Origin: a virus
Lineage: Duplodnaviria; Caudoviricetes
DNA length: 64,000 nt
Virus record (IMG/VR): IMGVR_UViG_3300012280_000034
Coordinates: 299 to 64,298 of that record
Strand: one strand, 5' to 3'
Shown: one piece after another, positions 1 through 7,352 of the stretch
Position numbering within the stretch: the first letter of the stretch is position 1
How the letters are laid out: each line of letters starts with the position of its first letter
Notes under the pieces: model-generated
What the model saw: the letters and a program-made list of their open reading frames with translations, nothing else
Database searches by the model: none
Told to the model about the DNA's origin: nothing
Program-made: the position numbers and the translations under genes

Positions 1-84
1 TAATAATATCCAGCAAATGTATAAAAATGTATTAATTTATTTTTCGTACAATCACAGTCTCACTCACCAAGGTTGTCTGCATAC

Positions 85-111
85 AAAAAGAGCAGCCTAA
101 GCTGCTCTTTT
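85..111. terminator. Bidirectional intrinsic terminator downstream of tRNA-Pro
   Basis: AAAAAGAGCAGC-CTAA-GCTGCTCTTTT hairpin with A/T tracts on both sides. Confidence 0.85.
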
Positions 112-117
112 AATGAG

Positions 118-191
118 TCGGAGTGAAAGGATTTGAACCTTCGGCCTCATGGTCCCGAACCATGCGCGATACCAAGCTTCGCTACACCCCG
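118..191 (-). tRNA. Host tRNA-Pro (anticodon CGG), CCA not encoded
   Basis: Reverse complement CGGGGTGTAGCGAAGCTTGGTATCGCGCATGGTTCGGGACCATGAGGCCGAAGGTTCAAATCCTTTCACTCCGA folds as a cloverleaf; anticodon arm CATGG-TTCGGGA-CCATG; GGTTCAAATCC T-loop. Confidence 0.97.
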
Positions 192-202
192 GCAACATTA
201 AT

Positions 203-231
203 ATTATATTCAATTCATGGTTTCTTGTCAA
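203..231 (-). promoter_or_regulatory. Sigma-A promoter of tRNA-Pro
   Basis: Perfect TTGACA(231-226)-17 nt-TATAAT(208-203) on the minus strand. Confidence 0.85.
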
Positions 232-274
232 TATCTTTATGAGCGGATTCGAAATTTTTTTGCAGTATTACTTG

Positions 275-299
275 CCTATGCCGTTCTCCCTGGCATAAT
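275..299. repeat. att core, left copy (carries the displaced native 3' end of ogg)
   Basis: CCTATGCCGTTCTCCCTGGCATAAT matches 63135-63159 at 24/25 nt; minus strand reads YARENGIGK* with stop at 270-268. Confidence 0.93.
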
Positions 300-431
300 T
301 CTAAGCAAATTTTATAAAGATACGCTTAATTATGATGAGTTTCAAATCTCACTATTATGACGGGTTTTGAAGGGTTTGCAAAAATTGTTCGCTTTGTTCA
401 AAGTCGATAAAACATAATTAGCGTTATTATT

Positions 432-472
432 TTTGCCCGAAGTTTGCCCGAAGTTTTTATTCGGGCAAACTT
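432..472. repeat. Putative integrase arm-type sites
   Basis: TTTGCCCGAAG tandem (432-442, 443-453) plus inverted copy TTCGGGCAAAC (460-470); TTTGCCC also occurs twice at 63077-63094. Confidence 0.6.
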
Positions 473-548
473 CTTTTGTCTAATGTTTTTTTACTTTAAA
501 AGTGTTTATTTCCCTTAATTCTCGGTATACTATAATAGAGGTGATTTT

Positions 549-1145
549 ATGTGTGGAAGATATTATTTCGATATAGATGAAAAAGAACTTAAGCAAATAG
601 TTCAAGAAGTCCAAAGAAATATAAATATGGAGTTAAAGACTGGAGAAATCTACCCTACAAATATAGCACCTATTATAACAGCTCAAGGCGCCATTCTCGC
701 TAAATGGGGATTCCCAAAATGGAATAGCAAAGGCGTTGTTATTAACGCAAGAGCTGAAGGTCTTGCTGATAAAAGAATGTTTAAAAATCTTGTAAATGCT
801 AAACGATGCATAATTCCCGCATCCGGTTTTTTCGAGTGGCAGCAAAACGATACGGGAGCAAAAAATAAATATTATTTTAAAAATCCTGAATCCGTTCTAT
901 ATATGGCAGGGTTATTTAATACTTTTAACCATAAAACCGAACAATTAAGTTTGTTCGATGTAGACGAAGAACAGCCGTCATATGTTATCATAACTAAAGA
1001 TGCAAACAAATATATGGCTGGAATTCATGACCGTATGCCTCTTATATATAATAAGGAAGAAAAGTCTGCATGGTTGAATGGTGAAAACTTTGATTTTCTT
1101 CTACATGCAAACAACACCGTTCTTGAAAATTCTGTTGTTGTTTAG
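549..1145 (+). CDS. SOS response-associated peptidase (SRAP/YedK-HMCES family)
   Basis: N-terminal MCGRY with catalytic Cys2, INARAE, GFFEW and IHDRMP motifs. Confidence 0.93.
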   Translation: MCGRYYFDIDEKELKQIVQEVQRNINMELKTGEIYPTNIAPIITAQGAILAKWGFPKWNSKGVVINARAEGLADKRMFKNLVNAKRCIIPASGFFEWQQNDTGAKNKYYFKNPESVLYMAGLFNTFNHKTEQLSLFDVDEEQPSYVIITKDANKYMAGIHDRMPLIYNKEEKSAWLNGENFDFLLHANNTVLENSVVV

Positions 1146-1147
1146 GA

Positions 1148-2386
1148 TTACAATATGCTGCTCATTCCTGGGTATTCGTCGTCAGGATATCCCCCGAGCA
1201 ACGGGCTCAGTTCTGAATTTGCAAACACGCCCCTTATAACTGCTGTATCACCGAATCTTTCTCTTATACTATCAATAACCTTATCCAATTTTTCATTGTT
1301 CAAAGTATTGCGATCCTTAAACATGCTCAATTGTTGAAACTTCGCAAATTCAAGCTCTGAGACAGAAACACCAAGCTGCCTAATAGATCTGCCGTCCCAA
1401 TATTTATCAAACAATTTACATATATTTTTATAAATCTCTTTAGTACAATCTGTGAAATAAGGAAGTTTCTGTTGTCGAGAAATATACCCGAAGTCCTTAT
1501 CTTTTATACTTACGCTCACTACCCTGCAAGTCATTTCTGCTTCTCTGAGCCTCCATGCTGTCATTTCCACGAGGCTGAGTATTATTGCATGTGCAGTATC
1601 GGTGTCTTCAACATCAAATTTCAGGGTTGAGCTGTTCCCTACACTTTTTATGGGCGGTGCTGGCTTAAACGATGACGCATCAATTCCATTCGCATAAGCA
1701 TGTATTAAGCGCCCATGCACTCCAAGTAAGCTGAATATTAACTTCGGGTTAAATTTTGCTAAGTCTCCTATTTTATAAATCCCCCACCGATTCAATTTAG
1801 GCTTAGTACGGCGCCCGACCATGAATAAGTCTTCTACTGGGAGCGGCCATAACTTTGCTTCTATCTCTTCTGGAAAACATGTATGACATTTATCCGGCTT
1901 TTCAAAATCTCCTGCCATCTTGGCAAGTAGTTTATTTGTAGATATCCCTACATTGACAGTATAGCCAAAGTTCTTCTTAATGCCTTCTTTTATCTCATGT
2001 CCCAAAGCAATTGCCTGCTCTCTGCTCTTATCCGTAAAACGCAAAAAGCATTCGTCGATGCTGAAGACCTCGACGTCGGGTGTAAAGGTGTTTAAGTATT
2101 CTCTCAAAGCCTTACTTGCTCTTGTATAAACTCGATAATTCGGTGGCATAACAAGAAGATTAGGACATAGTTGTCTTGCTTCCATGAGCGACATACCCGT
2201 CTGAATTTTATATTTTTTCGCAGATATAGATTTTGCAAGGACAATTCCGTGTCTGTTTTGCTCGTTCCCACCTATTACAGCAACTAATTCTCTCAAATCT
2301 CTTTCAATCCCTTGCTGCTGTTCAAAAGCTGCAGTCCAACTCAGAAATGCCGAGTTTACATCAACATGCATTACTATTACGGACAT
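1148..2386 (-). CDS. Y-family translesion DNA polymerase (DinB/UmuC/UvrX-like)
   Basis: HVDVNSAF, SIDECF, NKLLAKMA motifs; C-terminal QLSMF and D.IRERFG; start taken at ATG 2386. Confidence 0.93.
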   Translation of the reverse strand: MSVIVMHVDVNSAFLSWTAAFEQQQGIERDLRELVAVIGGNEQNRHGIVLAKSISAKKYKIQTGMSLMEARQLCPNLLVMPPNYRVYTRASKALREYLNTFTPDVEVFSIDECFLRFTDKSREQAIALGHEIKEGIKKNFGYTVNVGISTNKLLAKMAGDFEKPDKCHTCFPEEIEAKLWPLPVEDLFMVGRRTKPKLNRWGIYKIGDLAKFNPKLIFSLLGVHGRLIHAYANGIDASSFKPAPPIKSVGNSSTLKFDVEDTDTAHAIILSLVEMTAWRLREAEMTCRVVSVSIKDKDFGYISRQQKLPYFTDCTKEIYKNICKLFDKYWDGRSIRQLGVSVSELEFAKFQQLSMFKDRNTLNNEKLDKVIDSIRERFGDTAVIRGVFANSELSPLLGGYPDDEYPGMSSIL

Positions 2387-2404
2387 AAAAACACCCTTTC
2401 GTAT

Positions 2405-2418
2405 CGAACTTACGTTCA
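2405..2418. promoter_or_regulatory. LexA (SOS) box upstream of the Y-family polymerase
   Basis: CGAACTTACGTTCA fits Gram-positive CGAAC-N4-GTTCG with 1 mismatch; lies just downstream of a minus-strand extended -10 TGATATAAT (2434-2426). Confidence 0.8.
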
Positions 2419-2569
2419 CCTTAACATTATATCACATATATATTATTTTAAAATAGCAATATTTAGAAACATAAAACGGTTTTATATTTTTATTGCAATA
2501 AATGGTAAAATGATGTAAAATAATAGAAATTACAGTACAGGAGAAAAGCAAGAAATAATTCCAACGGAT

Positions 2570-3166
2570 TTGTTTTTCGAATTTGAGTTAACTCCGAAAG
2601 GGAAATATGGATTAATAAGTAGGAAAATTAATATGAAATTTACTGATAAGTTAAGCAAGTCTTTAAATGAGGGCATTGGGTGCTTGATGCTCATAGTTAT
2701 AATGATTGGTGTATTAGTACTTCCAGAAATATTTCTATATGGCGCTGTGTTGATTCGAGATAAAATATTTAATTTGTTACATATTGAATTATCATCATTG
2801 TCAGGAATATTAATATCAGTATTTATTGGATTATCGTTTTTTGCATTGACTTTTGCAATTATAATGTACATCAAAGATAGAGGACGTAATAATAAGAACG
2901 CTCTTAATTTTATTGGCAGTCTTATAATGATAAGTGTTATGGCTCTTGCATCTATAATTGGTTTCATTTTTATTTTAATATTTGCAGAATTATTCGATAT
3001 ATCACTTATAGTAGATTTATTAGAATTTCTTTCCCCGTTAGGTTCGTTTTTAGATATTGCTATCGCTTTTACTACAATATTATTTATTGTAGTTAGCTTT
3101 TTAAAGTTTGTTGTTTGGGATACTCTTAAAGCACGATTTATAAAGGGAAGGAATTCCGATGAATAA
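2570..3166 (+). CDS. Multi-pass membrane protein of unknown function (moron); start may be 2633
   Basis: 198-aa ORF with about four long hydrophobic segments, very AT-rich. Confidence 0.65.
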   Translation: MFFEFELTPKGKYGLISRKINMKFTDKLSKSLNEGIGCLMLIVIMIGVLVLPEIFLYGAVLIRDKIFNLLHIELSSLSGILISVFIGLSFFALTFAIIMYIKDRGRNNKNALNFIGSLIMISVMALASIIGFIFILIFAELFDISLIVDLLEFLSPLGSFLDIAIAFTTILFIVVSFLKFVVWDTLKARFIKGRNSDE

Positions 3167-3273
3167 AGTTTTCTTAAACGCTGACTATAGTTTTACCCTA
3201 TGGTAGTATTCACAGGACTATATTTAGTTTCAAATAAATAACTTACCTAAGTTTGGCGCCAATCTCCTTGTCA

Positions 3274-3296
3274 AATAAAAAAGAGCCGAAGCCCTA
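3274..3296 (-). terminator. Terminator of the leftward small-gene operon
   Basis: Minus strand AGGGC-TTCG-GCTCT followed by TTTTTATTT. Confidence 0.7.
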
Positions 3297-3374
3297 TGAA
3301 TTATTTTGAGCACTGATAAAGCCCTGCACATCCAAGATATCGCTAAACCTATTCAAATCAATTGAGTTACTCAT
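3294..3374 (-). CDS. 26-aa small ORF MSNSIDLNRFSDILDVQGFISAQNNS
   Basis: GGAGG SD 8 nt upstream of ATG; below the ORF-track cutoff. Confidence 0.4.
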   Translation of the reverse strand: MSNSIDLNRFSDILDVQGFISAQNNS

Positions 3375-3407
3375 TAAACATGCCTCCTGCTATGTGATAA
3401 AAAACTT

Positions 3408-3623
3408 CTAACGAAAATCTACATCATAGGGATTGTTATAGTCAATATCCTCTAACCCCTGCTCTCCATCCCATTTATAAAGCAGCGTGCAATCTTTACC
3501 ATCTATACGTCCGTCTATTCTGACCCAATTGTTAGGATTTGGGCTCCATGATTGATAGCTAATATAAGCATCTTGTACAATCTCTACATTTAATTCTTTA
3601 CCTTCATAATTTACTTTAAACAT
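3408..3623 (-). CDS. Small acidic hypothetical protein (71 aa)
   Basis: AGGAGG SD; ORF track. Confidence 0.75.
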   Translation of the reverse strand: MFKVNYEGKELNVEIVQDAYISYQSWSPNPNNWVRIDGRIDGKDCTLLYKWDGEQGLEDIDYNNPYDVDFR

Positions 3624-3743
3624 TTTCTTTTCCTCCTAATTTTCTAATAATTTAATTATAATCGATTTTCCATATTGTGACAAGGGTTTTGTCTATGAAT
3701 TATTTTGGGTGCTGATAAAGCCTTTATCCTATGTGGTTTGCTT

Positions 3744-3977
3744 TTAATTTTCCTTTGCCTCTTCGATACTTGAGATTGCGTCTTCCAATAAATCAAGTGC
3801 CTCTTGCATAGAATCACAAGCAGCTTCAGCAATTTCATATCTTTCAGATCCCTGTAAATTTTCGGGCATGTTATCTTTATATTCCTCTTCGTCATTCATT
3901 ATAGTTTCAAGCTCATCCTTAATATTATTAATTTTGTCAATAACTTCATCCAGTTGTTTTCTTCTTAATTTATTCAT
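3744..3977 (-). CDS. Small, highly acidic coiled-coil phage protein (77 aa)
   Basis: GGAGGAG SD before ATG 3977; D/E-rich heptads. Confidence 0.8.
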   Translation of the reverse strand: MNKLRRKQLDEVIDKINNIKDELETIMNDEEEYKDNMPENLQGSERYEIAEAACDSMQEALDLLEDAISSIEEAKEN

Positions 3978-4073
3978 AATCTCCTCCATATTGACTTTAA
4001 AGGCGGCACAGTTCAAAATATTTATACCGCCTTGGGTGGTTAGCAGATGTTTATGCTTGCAGGCTGGCATCTG

Positions 4074-4223
4074 CTATTTCTTACCGTCGTATTCAAATGC
4101 ATATAACTTACCGTCAGCGAATACATGTGCAACATTGCTTTTCTTGTATTCTTGCAATATGTCTGTAGCTGGTGTTTTGCCGATATCCCTTATTAAACCA
4201 TTATCAATTATTATTGATTGCAT
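4074..4223 (-). CDS. 49-aa hypothetical protein MQSIIIDNGLIRDIGK...
   Basis: GGAGGT SD; read manually, below the ORF cutoff. Confidence 0.65.
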   Translation of the reverse strand: MQSIIIDNGLIRDIGKTPATDILQEYKKSNVAHVFADGKLYAFEYDGKK

Positions 4224-4290
4224 TTTATACCTCCGTTTTATTTATTCTCTGTTGCAGACCGCCGGAGCGGTTTCGGATATTTAACCCTCG

Positions 4291-4476
4291 TCAGTGCAAC
4301 TGTTCTATTACAAATATGTTTCCCATTACTTCAAGTGTTACGTCCTCGACTTGGACTCCGATGTCATTTTCTATGTAGTAGCCAGAGCCACTGGGATAAT
4401 TGATGTAGTGTTCGTTCTCTGCTATACCGATGTTCGTTGTGCTCAGAAGAGCGGTTATGATTAGTAGTGTTTTCAT
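4291..4476 (-). CDS. 61-aa protein with hydrophobic N-terminus
   Basis: GGAGGT SD; first gene after the strong promoter. Confidence 0.65.
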   Translation of the reverse strand: MKTLLIITALLSTTNIGIAENEHYINYPSGSGYYIENDIGVQVEDVTLEVMGNIFVIEQLH

Positions 4477-4545
4477 TTTATTACCTCCGTTTATCTGCGT
4501 GATTTATCTTTAACAATTAAAACAATTATTTATTATCTTAAATAT

Positions 4546-4631
4546 ATTATAGCAAATATAAATTTATATGTCAACAGTTTTATTTTAAAATATAAATATA
4601 TCTTTACACTTGCAAACATTTATTGTATAAT
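4546..4631. promoter_or_regulatory. Divergent promoter pair with palindromic operator
   Basis: Leftward TTGACA(4574-4569)-17-TATAAT(4551-4546); rightward TTTACA(4603-08)-17-TATAAT(4626-31); perfect palindrome ATATAAATTTATAT at 4556-4569. Confidence 0.75.
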
Positions 4632-4664
4632 ACAATTATCAAGAAACACATGGGAGGGATTTAA

Positions 4665-4901
4665 GTGACCATTAAATTTTACAAGCTAATGGACTTATTA
4701 AACAGGAAAGATATATCTAAAGGTAATCTACAAGCAATGGCTGGGTTTTCTTCAACAACAGTTGCCAAGCTTGCAAGCAATAAAGCCGTATCGCTTGATA
4801 TAATTGATAAACTTTGCAAGGTTTTAGATGTACAGCCGGGCGAGATCATGGAATATGTCAACGAAGATAATAACAATGATGTAAAGGAGGCGCAGCAATG
4901 A
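4665..4901 (+). CDS. Cro/C1-type (HTH_26-like) transcriptional regulator
   Basis: GFSSTTVAKL...VSLDIIDKLCKVLDVQPGEIMEY pattern. Confidence 0.88.
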   Translation: MTIKFYKLMDLLNRKDISKGNLQAMAGFSSTTVAKLASNKAVSLDIIDKLCKVLDVQPGEIMEYVNEDNNNDVKEAQQ

Positions 4902-5110
4902 TGAAAACAGTAAAGGACATTGAAGAGATGAAGAATCATAAAACTAAAATGTTTGGGAATGCATACAACATGTTATTGATGACCTTGGAAGATTATCACA
5001 TCAGTAAAGTAGATGGAGCGGAACGCATAAAGCAAGAACTAAATAATTGGGATGACGAAGCGAAGCAGATTATATTAGAGGACTTAAACAGAGGCGGAAT
5101 GTGCACGTAA
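4898..5110 (+). CDS. Hypothetical protein (70 aa)
   Basis: AAGGAGG SD; coupled to the HTH gene. Confidence 0.7.
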   Translation: MMKTVKDIEEMKNHKTKMFGNAYNMLLMTLEDYHISKVDGAERIKQELNNWDDEAKQIILEDLNRGGMCT

Positions 5111-5118
5111 TTCCATAC

Positions 5119-5146
5119 AAGAGCAGCCGGACAGCTGTTCTTTTTT
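5119..5146 (+). terminator. Intrinsic terminator
   Basis: AAGAGCAGC-CGGACA-GCTGTTCTT followed by TTTT. Confidence 0.75.
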
Positions 5147-5674
5147 ATGTCTATTTTGCTGATTCATCAAACTATGATTAACTTAATAATATCATTGTGT
5201 CAGGTTTCTGACATCGGTATCACAGCACTATAGTAAACCCTTATATGCAATATTGCATATGCAAAAATGCATATATCGGTTCTTTGCTTAAATTTCACAT
5301 ATTTTCAGAGATTTTACTATTGCATTTTTATTCTAATAATATTAAAATTTTCTGCAATTTTTTTATACAAAACCGCAACTGCGTTTTAATGAAGCGGAAC
5401 ATATGTTGTATTTTGAATGCATGCATCCATTTATTTAAAATTCGAATTTGTCGCATAGCTGAGGTTTTGCGACATAATTATTAATATTTATGACATTTTA
5501 CCGCCATTAATTGTATATTATATACATTTTAAGCAGACCCCCGGGGGGCTCCTTGCCTTCGGCGCCGGAGAGTTACCTCTCATAAAAATATCCCCTTTCC
5601 ACGTGACTTTTTATAATTCTATTTTATTAAATATCACTCCCCTATCCCCCGTAATTAACTCGAAATAATATAGG

Positions 5675-5757
5675 TGTCCTGTTTTGTCCAGAAATTGTCC
5701 TATAAATGTCCTGTTTTGTCCCTTTTAATATTCGGAATTATGTGGTACAATTATAAT
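5675..5757 (+). promoter_or_regulatory. Putative activator-dependent late promoter with five phased TGTCC repeats
   Basis: TGTCC at 5675, 5685, 5696, 5707, 5717; extended -10 TGGTACAAT (5743-51); no consensus -35. Confidence 0.55.
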
Positions 5758-5761
5758 ACGT

Positions 5762-5793
5762 AGAAGTGGCTAAGAAATTAGTCGCTTCTTTTT
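5762..5793 (+). terminator. Terminator-like hairpin directly after the putative late promoter
   Basis: 12-bp stem AGAAGTGGCTAA-GAAA-TTAGTCGCTTCT followed by TTTT. Confidence 0.6.
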
Positions 5794-5945
5794 GTTTGGC
5801 AAAAACAATGTAAGAATTTATTAACCTATATGATTAAGACCGTCCGAATTTGCTAAGGCAATTCGTACAATAAGATTAATAAAAGGACTAAAAGCATCAA
5901 AAATAACGCTTTTGAGTTGAAATATCAATGAAAAACAGACTTTAA

Positions 5946-5976
5946 AAAAGGGATGAAAAAATCCCTTTTCTTTTTT
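5946..5976 (+). terminator. Terminator-like hairpin before the repL-like gene
   Basis: AAAAGGGAT-GAAAAA-ATCCCTTTT followed by CTTTTTT. Confidence 0.6.
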
Positions 5977-5995
5977 GTAAAAGTAGGTGATATAT

Positions 5996-6571
5996 TTGCA
6001 GTTAGGAGAGAATGAATTTTTGTTATTCAACCCTGATACCGGAGAGATAAAGGGCGTGTTTGATAGCGAAACTCAGACCATTAGAAGTAAAACTCAGGTT
6101 GAATATTATATAAATCATAAACATGAAATAAATTCAGACAAAGTATATGATTTCGGGCAAAGCGGCAAATTTAGTATGCTTAGTGCTTTTTCTATAGACC
6201 AACTTGCTAACGAAGGACTAACAGGTACAGACTATCGGGTTTTAATGACCATGATGGCGGGTGTTGGTTATAAGTCGGGTTATATCTCAATGGGAAACAA
6301 TCACTCGATGACATCTGAATGGATAGCTAAAAAGCTTGATGTTGATAAGAAAACTGTTGACAGAGTAATTAAAAAGTTAATCGATAAAGGAATAATTGCT
6401 GTAAATATAACCGAAAAGAAAAAGTCCTATTTCATGAACCCTTACATTCAATACAAAGGCCGCTGGATAAGCAAAGACCTGTACAATATGTTTAAAGATA
6501 CCAGGTGGGCTAAAAAGGCGGCGGAAGAAAGAGAGAAAGAGGCTAAGAAAAGAGGATTATCTAATGGGTAA
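5996..6571 (+). CDS. RepL-like (Firmicute plasmid replication family) winged-HTH protein
   Basis: IAKKLDVDKKTVDRVIKKLIDKGII wHTH followed by YFMNPYIQYKG; TTG start after AGGTGA SD (track start 5987). Confidence 0.6.
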   Translation: MQLGENEFLLFNPDTGEIKGVFDSETQTIRSKTQVEYYINHKHEINSDKVYDFGQSGKFSMLSAFSIDQLANEGLTGTDYRVLMTMMAGVGYKSGYISMGNNHSMTSEWIAKKLDVDKKTVDRVIKKLIDKGIIAVNITEKKKSYFMNPYIQYKGRWISKDLYNMFKDTRWAKKAAEEREKEAKKRGLSNG

Positions 6572-6869
6572 GCTACTTCACCGACATAATAATTACATAA
6601 TCATCGAAGAAGAAAATAACCGCGGCTGCATCTTGATAAATACCGCAGGCACTTATAAAAACCATGGACATATTAAACGTCTTGAAACGGCTTTAATGAT
6701 GATAAAGCTAATCGAACGTGGAATTGTACCAAAGAGCGATTATCTTCGTGGCACGGCGCTCAGAGTGTCTACAAACGAAAATTATAAACAATCTATATTG
6801 AACAGAATTGAAAAAGATAAAAACAGAGAACATTATGTGAATATAAATAAATGCATAAAAGGCAGGTGA
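6564..6869 (+). CDS. Hypothetical phage protein
   Basis: ORF track; overlaps the upstream stop. Confidence 0.75.
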   Translation: MGKLLHRHNNYIIIEEENNRGCILINTAGTYKNHGHIKRLETALMMIKLIERGIVPKSDYLRGTALRVSTNENYKQSILNRIEKDKNREHYVNINKCIKGR

Positions 6870-6875
6870 TTAAAT

Positions 6876-7352
6876 TTGCCGTATAAAAGAAAATACAACA
6901 AAAGACCAATAGATAGCAGATATTATAACTACTTCGATGTGTGCAAGATGGAAGGCATTGCAGAGACAAGAGCTAAGAATGCTGTATGTGAAAAGAGAGT
7001 TGAAGGAATAAAATATCTTGAAGAGCTGAAGCCCATTGAGCATCTTTTTGAACAGTTTGAAAAGCCTATCAAGGGTGGTATGGTCAATTCCTATGGCATA
7101 TTAAGAAGATATTACGACGAGTGGAAAGCCACGGGAAAAGTTCCGGTTATTCGCTCCGGCAGACCTCCAAAGATAGGCATGGTTGAAAGGAAATTTGATA
7201 TTCCGGAACATGTAGCATTAAAATTTAAGGCAGTCGTGGACAAGGCTAATTCCATGTCAATTAAGAAAGTTACCTATTCGGATATGGCTGCAGTTGCACT
7301 TTCCGAGTTCTGTGACCGCAGACCGCAGTTTTTGGAGGATACAGATGAATGA
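6876..7352 (+). CDS. Putative DNA-binding protein (GRPPK AT-hook-like motif plus C-terminal ribbon-helix-helix-like segment)
   Basis: SGRPPK then VERKFDIPEHVALKFKAVV...TYSDMAAVALSEF. Confidence 0.5.
   Translation: MPYKRKYNKRPIDSRYYNYFDVCKMEGIAETRAKNAVCEKRVEGIKYLEELKPIEHLFEQFEKPIKGGMVNSYGILRRYYDEWKATGKVPVIRSGRPPKIGMVERKFDIPEHVALKFKAVVDKANSMSIKKVTYSDMAAVALSEFCDRRPQFLEDTDE

Noticed and set aside
118-191. tRNA-Pro as the integration target
   Set aside because: No part of the tRNA is duplicated at the far end; the duplicated 25-mer is in the ogg 3' end.
2530-2967. Numerous antisense or alternate-frame ORFs in the track (e.g. 2530-2967, 3868-4284, 9580-9894, 57933-58277)
   Set aside because: They are shadows of better-supported genes, without SDs or motifs.
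5245-5484. 79-aa ORF and the antisense 5821-6030 ORF in the packaging/late-promoter region
   Set aside because: No SD, low-complexity AT-rich composition; they overlap regulatory elements and look spurious.
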